From Macrostomum lignano (lineage: Eukaryota), in the NCBI GenBank assembly GCA_002269645.1, contig NIVC01002992.1, positions 1 through 64,000 on the forward strand: a stretch of 64,000 nt of DNA. Direction: 5' to 3'. Numbering within the stretch: the first letter of the stretch is position 1; the number at the start of each line of letters is the position of its first letter. Shown in pieces: positions 45,600-56,900 of this stretch. The translations under genes were made by a program, and so were the position numbers. Below the pieces are notes generated by a model. It made no database searches and had not been told where the DNA came from. It was given only the letters and a program-made list of their open reading frames with translations.

Positions 45600-45927
45600 T
45601 GCACAGTGCACAGTCACGTGACAGATTAACGCGTCCTCCCCGATCTGCTTTATCCTCATTGGCTGACTAGGGCGAGTGGCGAACATCGGCAGGGGCGAGG
45701 GGGCGATGGGAGCTCCGAAGGGCCGACTGGTGCAGGAAAATCTCAGTTTAAACGTGTCCAACTCTCTCGCCCCATCCCTCTGTCCCTCACTTCCCATTCC
45801 TCCTATCCGCCAGGCCTTGGCAGCCGGCCTCAATCCGCCCGCCTTCGCCCGCTTTGCAGCGCCGACTGATTCTCGTTAACGCCATCGAGTCTGGCTGGCC
45901 AGCCGGGCCCTCCTACCCGGTCCGCTC
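45600..45927 (+). promoter_or_regulatory. Likely promoter/5' region of the FARP-like gene
   Basis: Abrupt change from AT-rich to CpG-rich sequence; reverse CCAAT box (ctcattggctga at about 45656) and GC boxes. Confidence 0.4.
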
Positions 45928-46065
45928 ATGACCTCCCAGTCCGGCGGTTCCGCCGCGTCGCCTCGACGTCCCGTCGGCAGTGGCGGCAGCGGCGGCGGCG
46001 GCAATAAAGTTCAGACTGTTAAAGTGGTGCTGCTGGACGATACGGTGAATTCGTTTCAAGTTCCG
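45928..46065 (+). CDS. FARP: FARP-like exon 1
   Basis: MTSQSGG...[19 protein letters not shown], donor GTGAGT. Confidence 0.85.
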
Positions 46066-47911
46066 GTGAGTCTTTTGTGTTTGTATTTTTTATTGATGGC
46101 AGCAGTTAAACACGCTTTGATAAGGACTTCGACGATAGGACCCTTGGAATTTGGAAACCTCCTGGAATCTCCTTTTACACCTTCACGTGAATCGCCATTC
46201 ACACCTTCATGTGAATCGCCATTCACACCTTCACGTGAATCGCCATTCACATCTTCATGTGAATCGCCATTCACACCTTCATGTGAATCGCCATTCACAC
46301 CTTCACGTGAATCGCCATTCACACCTTCATGTGAATCGCCATTCACACCTTCACGTGAATCGCCATTCATACCTTTGAATTAAAAAAGCTGAAACTCATA
46401 AATCTCAACGATTCGAACCAGCAATGGTCCCCAATTGCACAGGGTATTTAATCCGGCATCTCAAGCCCCACATGCTTACAGTCGGCCCAGTTTCATTCTG
46501 TTATTGGCGTAAATAAATCGTATCGCTACCCCGTGCCAGAGCGCTTCTCCTGCAGCCAGAAACCGGTGGAAGGGGCGGGCAAAAGTCTGCTTTCGCTGGC
46601 CTTGGCTCCCGGCCCCTGGGGACTCTTTCGCCTGCTCCAAAGCTTTGGTTTGAACGAAAAAACGTCGGGGCAAAGTAAGGAAAAGCTCCTTCAAAACTCA
46701 CTGGCCGTCTCTATTTCTTGCATGTTTCCTCTGCTCTTGCTGCTTCCTATTTGCTTGCTTCTCTCTCTCTCTGCTTGGCTGCTCCCGTGTCCAGCTAGGG
46801 GGGGGGGGGGCTCTGTAGATGCGGCTGGTTGCAGCAGCGGCCCAGCTTCCTGCCTTAATTTCAATTGATCACCGGTCGCGTCCACTCTGATGATAATACT
46901 CAACGATGCCTGCCCCTTCTCTGCCCCCTCTCTCCCTCTCCACCCGCCTCTCCGTCACGGGCGTCCAGCGTAAAGCGACCAAGTTTTTCCGTGTTTTTTT
47001 TTAACACAAATCGTAAATACTGAAGCCGCTGGCCTTTTATAGAGCTACTGCAGAACGTACTATTGCGTATTGACCCTCAAATTATCATAGAAATTCTATT
47101 GTCGATTTTCGTCTAAATAAAGCTGTTTCTGCTTTTCCTAGAAATATTCCTATTGATAGTTTTCCAAGAAATGCCTCTTTCTTAGAAACACCACTGCTTC
47201 TGGTTTTAAGAATGCATATGTTGGCTTTCCTAGAAACTGAACTGCTTCTGGGTTTCTTAGAAATGCCAATGACTTTCATAGAAATACCCCTGCTTCTGGG
47301 TTTCCTAGAAATAATAGTGTCTCAGGCTTTCCTAGAAATGCGACTGCTTCTCAATTTTATTAGTAACGCCACTGCCGGCCGATTCTTAAAAAAATTATCG
47401 CTTTTTGTTGTACTTCTGCTTCTGGCTTTCCTAGAAATACTTCTGCTGCAGACTATCTGTCTCTCTCTCACTCTCCGCGTCCTGCGATGAACTTTACGAG
47501 TTGCGCGCCTTTTTCTAGTTTTGTTTTTCTCTGGCTTGAATTTTTGCTGCCACGCCAAAGCATTAAGCAGCAGCATGCCAGTCTGGGCTCTGCCATACCA
47601 GCAGCCGCCTCCAGGATATAATTATATAAAGGTTTTGTCAAACTGGTAAAAATCTCGGTCTGTTGTCCCACAAACTTTCAGTGAACTTTAGCAACCACTA
47701 AAACAGTCGAGTGGCCACGAATGTTTGCAGTGATTTTTCGAGCTCGTCAAGCTTTTTTAGAGCAGTTGTTGGCAAACTTTTATCTCAAAGGCCAGATAGA
47801 AAATCTGTGAGCATAGCTCATGGCTGCTGGCCAGATGAGAGAGGAGACGGAAGAGGGAAAACAGAAGCGAGGTGAGAGAGAAGAGAGAGAGAGAGAAAGA
47901 GAGAGAGAGAA

Positions 47912-47975
<64 letters not shown>

Positions 47976-50900
47976 CCGGATTGCTATTGCTATATACGGG
48001 AAGTTTCAAAGGACCCGAGGGTCGGATTGAGAGGCTTTGCGGGCCGTATGTTTTAACCCTTGTGAAAGTTCGAGCTTCAATCTTGTGAAGGCTGGAGCTT
48101 CAATCTTGTGAAGGCTGGAGCTTCAATCTTGTGAAGGCTGGAGCTTCAATCTTGTGAAGGCTGGAGCTTCAATCTTGTGAAGGCTGGAGCTTCAATATTG
48201 TGAAGGCTGGAGCTTCAATCTTGTGAAGGTTGGAGCTTCAATCTTGTGAAGGCTGGAGCTTCAATCTTGTGAAGGCTGGAGCTTCAATCTTGTGAAGGCT
48301 GGAGCTTCAATCTTGTGAAGGCTGGAGCTTCAATCTTGTGAAGGCTGGAGCTTCAATCTTGTGAAGGCTGGAGCTTCAATCTTGTGAAGGCTGGAGCTTC
48401 AATCTTGTGAAGGCTGGAGCTTCAATCTTGTGAAGGCTGGAGCTTCAATCTTGTGAAGGCTGGAGCTTCAATCTTGTGAAGGCTGGAGCTTCAATCTTGT
48501 GAAGGCTGGAGCTTCAATCTTGTGAAGGCTGGAGCTTCAATATTGTGAAGGCTGGAGCTTCAATCTTGTGAAGGTTGGAGCTTCAATCTTGTGAAGGCTG
48601 GAGCTTCAATATTGTGAAGGCTGGAGCTTCAATCTTGTGAAGGCTGGAGCTTCAATATTGTGAAGGCTGGAGCTTCAATATTGTGAAGGCTGGAGCTTCA
48701 ATCTTGTGAAGGCTGGAGCTTCAATCTTGTGAAGGCTGGAGCTTCAATCTTTTGAAGACTGGAGCTTCAATCTTGTGAAGGCTGGAGTCCGTGAGAGCAA
48801 CCCGAATATTGGCCAGGTGTGGCCCTTGCTTGGAGATTCTATTTGAGCAGCGCTTCACTCCAGCCCCCCCCCCTGACAGTCAACAAATAATAAATGATGC
48901 AGCGCCAGTTTAAGCCTCAGCAGCGAAAGCAACCTGACTGATTAGTAAGCCGGCCCATCTGATAGCCGTGATTAGCCGCCCCGCCCGCCGGCTTCCTGAT
49001 TGCCGGCCCGGTGCCCGAGTCCTCCGCCTACAATTCGATTATCGATCCGGCGCCAAGCCGGCTCTGCCGATTCTTCTGTCCAGTAATTTAATATGGCCGG
49101 ATTATTAATGAAGCCCCTCTAGCAGCCCAGCTCTCAACTTTGCCCAGTCAGCCAGCCGTGCAAGCCGCTGGTCACGCTTTTCCACATCAAGTGTGATAGC
49201 TGAACATCAGAGCATTGGCGGGGTTGCACAGTTTATAATGTAGCTGTCTTGTTGTTTTCTAAATGCCTACGCTTGGATTTGCAGTGCCGCGTGCCCGGCC
49301 AAGAACTGTTCAATGCGGTTGTGAAGAAGCTGCGGCTGCTTGAGATTGACTATTTCGACTTGGAGTTCCTGTCCAAGGAGGGTCGCCAGGTGCGTCTGCG
49401 GTTCTTGTTTGCAGCTTTATGAGTGCAGCTTTAGTCTTGTTTAATTAGCAGTCTGTGTGACTGACTCAACGTCATCATGCCTCCCTGTCTCTCTCACCCT
49501 GTCTCACTTTGACCCTGTCACTCTCACCCTGTCTCACTCTCACCCTGTCTCACTTTGACCCTGTCTCACTCTCACCCTGTCTCACTCTCTCACCCTGTCT
49601 CATTCTCACCCTGTCTCACTTTGACCCTGTCTCACTCTCACCCTGTCTCACTCTCTCACCCTGTCTCACTCTCACCCTGTCTCACTCTCTCACCCTGTCT
49701 CACTCTCACCCTGTCTCACTCTCTCACCCTGTCTCACTCTCTCACCCTGTCTCACTCTCTCACCCTGTCTCACTCTCTCACCCTGTCTCACTCTCTCACC
49801 CTGTCTCACTCTCTCACCCTGTCTCACTCTCTCACCCAGTCTCACTCTCACCCTGTCTCACCCTCTCACCCTGTCTCACTCTCACCCTGTCTCACTCTCT
49901 CACCCTGTCTCACTCTCACCCTGTCTCACTCTCTCACCCTGTCTCACTCTCTCACCCTGTCTCACTCTCTCACCCTGTCTCACCCTCACCCTGTCTCACT
50001 CTCTCACCCTGTGTCACTCTTTCACCCTGTATCACTCTCTCTCACCCTCTGTCTCACTCTCTCCCAGTCTCACTCTCACCCAGTCTCACTCTCACCCAGT
50101 CTCTCTCTCACCCAGTCTCACTCTCACCCAGTCTCACTCTCACCCAGTCTCACTCTCACCCAGTCTCACTCTCACCCAGTCTCACTCTCATCCAGTCTCA
50201 CTCTCACCCTGTCTCACTCTCACCCTGTCTCACTCTCACCCTGTCTCACTCTCACCCAGTCTCACTCTCATCCAGTCTCACTCTCATCCAGTCTCACTCT
50301 CACCCAGTCTCACTCTCACCCAGTCTCACTCTCACCCAGTCTCACTCTCACCCAGTCTCACTCTCACCCAGTCTCACTCTCACCCAGTCTCACTCTCACC
50401 CAGTCTCACTCTCACCCAGTCTCACTCTCACCCAGTCTCACTCTCACCCAGTCTCCCTCTCATCCAGTCTCACTCTCACCCAGTCTCACTCTCACCCAGT
50501 CTCAAGTAAGCTCTCAGTCCGCGCCTGCAGTTGCGTTGCCCAATAAAGCGAACTCAACTCGAACCCGCAGTGCTGGCTGGATCATTCGAAAACGCTGCCA
50601 AAGCAATGCCCTTCCTCCATCGAGCTGGTGTTCTACTTCTCCGTTAAATTCTATCCACCGGATCCGCACCTGTTGGAGGATGAGTTCACCAGGTGAGTGA
50701 GATTTTTAATAAAGTTTAGTGTTTTACAGACTTTACTAGCCTACTAATTTGGATAATAATTGATGCTGTATTTCTCATCGATATTTCTCATTCTCATCAG
50801 GTTCCTATTCTCACTGCAAATTAAACGGGACCTCATCAACGGCTTGCTGCCATGCAGCGAGAATACAACGGCTCTGCTTGCCTCGTATCTGGTGCAGGGT

Positions 50901-53900
50901 GAGTCACTGCCCGCCCGACTGCCTTCTGGGCGCGGGCACAAAGGCAGACACTGAGAGAAGCACTGAGACAGGCAATGAGGCAGGCACTGAGACAGGCAAT
51001 GAGACAGGCACTGAGACAGGCAATGAGACAGGCACTGAGACAGGCAATGAGACAGGCACTGAGACAGGCACTGAGACAGGCACTGAGACAGGCAATGAGA
51101 CAGGCACTGAGACAGGCAATGAGACAGGCACTGAGACAGGCAATGAGACAGGCACTGAGACAGGCATGAGACAGACACTGAGGCAGACACTGAGACAGAC
51201 ACTGAGACAGACACTGAGATAGACACTGAGTCAGACACTGAGTCAGACACTGAGTCAGACACTGAGACAGCCAGACAGACACTGAGGCGGACACTGAGAC
51301 AGACACTGAGACAGACACTGAGACAGGCACTGAGACAGACACTGAGGCAGACACTGAGGCAGACACTGAGACAGACACTGAGGCAGACACTGAGACAGAC
51401 ACTGAGACAGGCAATGAGACAGGCAATGAGACAGGCACTGAGACAGGCAATGAGGCGGGCACTAAGGCTCTAAGTCAGACACTGAGGCAGACACTGAGTC
51501 AGACACTGAGTCAGACACTGAGACAGCCAGACAGACACTGAGGCAGACACTGAGACAGCCAGACAGACACTGAGACAGACACTGAGACAGCCAGACAGAC
51601 ACTGAGGCAGACACTGAGACAGACACTGAGACAGACACTGAGTCAGACACTAAGACAGACACTGAGACAGACACTGAGGCAGACACTGAGACAGACACTG
51701 AGACAGGCACTGAGACAGACACTGAGGCAGACACTGAGGCAGACACTGAGACAGACACTGAGACAGACACTGAGATAGACACTGAGACAGCCAGACAGAC
51801 ACTGAGGCAGACACTGAGACAGCCAGACAGACACTGAGACAGACACTGAGACAGCCAGACAGACACTGAGGCAGACACTGAGACAGACACTGAGACAGAC
51901 ACTGAGTCAGACACTAAGACAGACACTGAGACAGACACTGAGGCAGACACTGAGACAGACACTGAGACAGGCACTGAGACAGACACTGAGGCAGACACTG
52001 AGGCAGACACTGAGACAGACACTGAGACAGACACTGAGATAGACACTGAGACAGCCAGACAGACACTGAGACAGACACTGAGACAGCCAGACAGACACTG
52101 AGGCAGACACTGAGACAGACACTGAGACAGACACTGAGACAGCCAGACAGACACTGAGACAATGAGTCAGACAGGCAGACATCTTTCTTCAAGTTTGTGG
52201 GCAGTGGCCGATCGAGGGGGTCCATGGGTGGGCCAGCTGACCTCAGGAAATCCCCTCACAAAAAGCACAAAATTCCGCTCCTGTAAATCCCCATAGCGCA
52301 GTGGCAGGTGCGCACTGTCAGCCAGGTTGATCAAAAGATAAAATCGGCATAGGAATCGGTTGGGCCAGCTCATAAATGTTCGCCTTTTGATTTATTGAAT
52401 CCACTCTGGCTGAGCTGCTGCGGGGATTTTCTTCCCAAACCGTGTTCAGAGCCGGCCTCTGTCGTATGTATAGTATTGTTTGAGTCTGAAATTATACGAT
52501 GCAATCGCAGTAAAAGCTGCGATCCCCAGTTCTCAGTCCAGTCAGTCAGTCGTCTGACTAAAAAAGCGCTAGGAAGGTGAGCAGTTGCTGAGTTGAGTGG
52601 GGTAACTGGGGGTTGCTGGAGTGGTGAGTTCCTACTCCGTCGCACCTGAGTTAGCGCTGGGCTATTCTTGGCTCAAAATCTCCCGTTCTACCTTTTCTCT
52701 GTCCATTACTGGGAAGCCAGCGGCAACAACTAATTATAGAAATCGCACAGAATGGACTAAAAGCTAAGATGAGAAACCTGAGAGACACATCAAATAGCTT
52801 AGTCAAATAGGCAGGATAAGCGATGGTGTGAAAAGAGATGAGAGCAGAGAGGGAGAGAGATGAGACAGAGAGGGAAAGAGATGAGACCAGAGGGAGGGAG
52901 ATGAGACCAGAGGGAGAGATGAAAACAGAGAGGGAGAGATGAGAACAGAGAGGGAGAGATGAGAACAGAGAGGGAGAGAGATGAGAGCAGAGAGGGAGAG
53001 ATGAGAACAGAGAGGGAGAGAGATGAGAGCAGAGAGGGAGAGAGATGAGACAGAGAGGGAAAGAGATGAGACCAGAGGGAGAGATGAGAACAGAGAGGGA
53101 GAGATGAGAACAGAGAGGGAGAGATGAGAGCAGAGAGGGAGAGAGATGAGAGCAGAGAGGGAGAGAGATGAGAGCAGAGAGGGAGAGAGATGAGAGCAGA
53201 GAGGGAGAGAGATGAGAGCAGAGAGGGAGAGAGATGAGAGCAGAGAGGGAGAGAGATGAGACCAGAGGGAGGGAGATGAGACCAGAGGGAGAGATGAGAC
53301 CAGAGGGAGAGATGAGAACAGAGAGGGAGAGAGATGAGAGATGAGAGGGAGAGAAATGAGACCAGAGAGGGAGAGAGAGATGAGAGCAGAGAGGGAGAGA
53401 GATGAGAGCAGAGAGGGAGAGAAATGAGACCAGAGAGGGAGAGAGAGATGAGACCAGAGAGGGAGAGAGAGATGAGAGCAGAGAGGGAGAGAGATGAGAG
53501 CAGAGAGGGAGAGAGACGAGACCAGAGGGAGAGATGAGAGGAGAGAGATGAGAGCAGAGAGGGAGAGAGAGATGAGAGCAGAGAGGGAGAGAGAGATAAG
53601 AACAGAGAGGGAGAGAGATGAGAACAGGGAGGGAGAGAGATGAGAGCAGAGAGGAAGAGAGATGAGAGCAGAGAGGGAGAGAGATGAGAGCTGAGACGGA
53701 TGTGAGAGCACAAATGGAGAGAGATAAGAGCATAGACGGCGATAAGAGTACAAAGGGAGAGAGATAAGAGCAGAGAGGGAGAGAGATGAGATGTACTGAG
53801 ACGTGAGAAAAGAGGGAGGGAGATCAGTAGATAGAATCACTAGAGTGAGTCTCATTGGGGATCTGGGACTAGAGTGAGTCTCACTCGGGATATTAATCCT

Positions 53901-56900
53901 GGGATCCCAGCGTTCAGTTTGCAATAACTATCGCATTCACTTTAGTTTAGTGCTGCAAACCCGCCATTCTCGGTTCGCACCGGCTGGAACAGTCTCTCCC
54001 ATCCCCCCTTTAGCCCTTTGTTTCCTCCCACGGTGCGAAGAAACGCCCCCAGTCCACAGACAGGCCAGGCGGGATGACGGGTAGAAAGCTGGAGTTTTTT
54101 TTGATGATGCTGAAGCGCGATTTCCCCAAAGGCCTGCTGCAGCCGCTCCTGCGTTGTTGGTTGACCTCCCCTTCTGGAATTCTTGCTTGGCTGCCTGCCA
54201 GCCAAATAAAGGGAAAGGAGGATTCGGTCTGGTGTGCACTGATTCTCCCCCTTCCCGCCTGTGCTGTCCCAGCCCCGGCTTGCCAGGCTGAAGTGCGTCC
54301 ACTAAAAATAATTATTGTATGGCGGCTGGAGCCCAACTTATAGTTTTTCATTTAGCACCTGAGGACTGGCGCTGCCATTCTGCTGGAGTTGTCAGTCCTG
54401 CTTTGTGCTTTGCCGCGGAATGCTGGAAGTTTTAGCTGGGTCAGGAATGGGGAGAGTTAGCTTTTCCCAGATGTTTGAGCCTAGGATTCCATGAGTTTCT
54501 GTTGTATCGGGCCAATGTGTTTTGATTTAATAGTTTACATGGCATAGCAGCGACTGAAGTCAACTACAAGATGTTTTCTAATTTCTTTTTCGAGTTGGCT
54601 GTTAAAACTTCGCAGAAATTTGTGACCGGATGCTTTTGGGAAATGTCGCGAGTCAGATGTTGCAAACTTTTAAGTGTTCGCCACTGCAATGCAAAATGTT
54701 CTGTCTGATTGCAGGCAGTAGTTTTTACAATTTGCATTTGGTCTGCAGCACGCCGGTGGCTTTCCTAATACCTCGAATAGTTCCTGACACCCCGATGACT
54801 TTCCTGACACCCCGATGACTTTCCTGACACCCCGATGACTTTCCTGACACCTCGATGACTTTCTTGACACTTCGAATAGTTCCTGACTCCCGATGAATTT
54901 CCTGACACCCCAATGACTTTCCTGACACCCCGAATATTTCCTGACACCCCGATGACTTTCCTGACACCCCGATGACTTTCCTGATACCCCGAATATTTCC
55001 TGACACCCCGATGACTTTCCTGACACCCCGATGACTTTCCTGATACCCCGAATATTTCCTGACACCCCGATGACTTTCCTGACACCTCAATGACTTTCCT
55101 GACACCCCGATGAATTTTCTGACACCTCAATGACTTTCCTGACACCCCGATGACTTTCCTGACACCTCAATGACTTTCCTGACACCCCGATGACTTTCCT
55201 GACACCCCGATGACTTTCCTGACACCTCGATGACTTTCTTGACACTTCGAATAGTTCCTGACCCCCGATGACTTTCCTGACACCCCGATGACTTTCCTGA
55301 TACCCCGAATATTTCCTGACACCCCGATGACTTTCCTGACACCTCAATGACTTTCCTGACACCCCGATGAATTTTCTGACACCTCAATGACTTTCCTGAC
55401 ACCCCGATGACTTTCCTGACACCTCAATGACTTTCCTGACACCCCGATGACTTTCCTGACACCCCGATGACTTTCCTGACACCCTGATGACTTTCCTGAC
55501 TCCTCGAATAGTTTCTGACACCCCAATGACTTTCCTGACACCTCGATGACTTTCCTGACACCCCGATGACTTTCCTGACACCTCGATGACTTTCTTGACA
55601 CTTCGAATATTTCCTGACTCCCGATGAATTTCCTGACACCCCAATGACTTTCCTGACACCTCGATGACTTTCTTGACACCCCGATGACTTTCCTGACACC
55701 CCAATGACTTTCCTGACACCCCGATGACTTTCCTGACACCTCGAATAGTTCCTGACACCCCAATGACTTTCCTGACACCCCGATGACTTTCCTGACACCC
55801 CGATGACTTTCCTGACACCCCGATGACTTTCCTGACACCCGGTTGACTTTCCTGACACCCCTATGACTTTCCTGACACCCCGATGACTTTCCTGACACCC
55901 CGATGACTTTCCTGACACCCCGATGACTTTCTTGACAACCCGATGACTTTCCTGACACCTCAATGACTTTCCTGACACCCCGATGACTTTCCTGACACCC
56001 CGATGAATTTTCTGACACCCCGATGACTTTCCTGACACCTCAATGACTTTCCTGACACCCCGATGACTTTCCTGACACCCCGATGACTTTCCTGACACCC
56101 TGATGACTTTCTTGACACTTCGAATAGTTCCTGACCCCCGATGAATTTCCTGACACCCCAATGACTTTCCTGACACCTCGATGACTTTCTTGACACCCCG
56201 ATGACTTTCTTGACACCCCGATGACTTTCCTGACACCCCGATGACTTTCCTGACACCCCAATGACTTTCCTGACACCCCGATGACTTTCCTGACACCTCG
56301 AATAGTTCCTGACCCCCGATGACTTTCCTGACACCCCAATGACTTTCCTGACACCTCAATGACTTTCCTGACATCCCGCATAGTTTCTGACAGCCTTTTT
56401 AAAAACTTTTGTTTACCCCTATGCATTCAATGACACCCAGATATTTTTCCTGACACCCCGATAACTTAACTGAAAACTTTATGCCTCTTCCCTCTTCTAC
56501 AGCGGAGATCGGCGACTACCTAGAGGACGAATACCTGGACGCGCTCTACCTGACCCAGGTGAAGGTGCTGCCCGAGCCGGTCTCAGACGAGCTGCTCAGA
56601 AAAGTGATGGAGTATCATCGGGCGCACTTGTGAGTTGGAATATATTAATGAAAGTGCATAAGTGGCTGTCCCAATCCAGATTTATGAAGATAAGACTTGA
56701 ATTTGCATATCTCCAGCGGCCTGTCACCCGAGGACGCGGAATACAGCCTGCTGGACACCGTGCGCAAGGTCGAACTCTACGGGGTGCGCCTGCACGCCGC
56801 TCGGGTATGTGGCAGCCCGGAGACTCCGGGGAGACAGATGGGGCAGAGGATGCATGATTTGCGTGGATTAAGTCTATGCATGAGTTTGGGACTTGAGTTA

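Noticed and set aside
48065-48790. Regular short direct repeats (here and elsewhere) as possible CRISPR arrays
   Set aside because: Units are head-to-tail with no unique spacers, there are no cas genes, and the context is eukaryotic introns.
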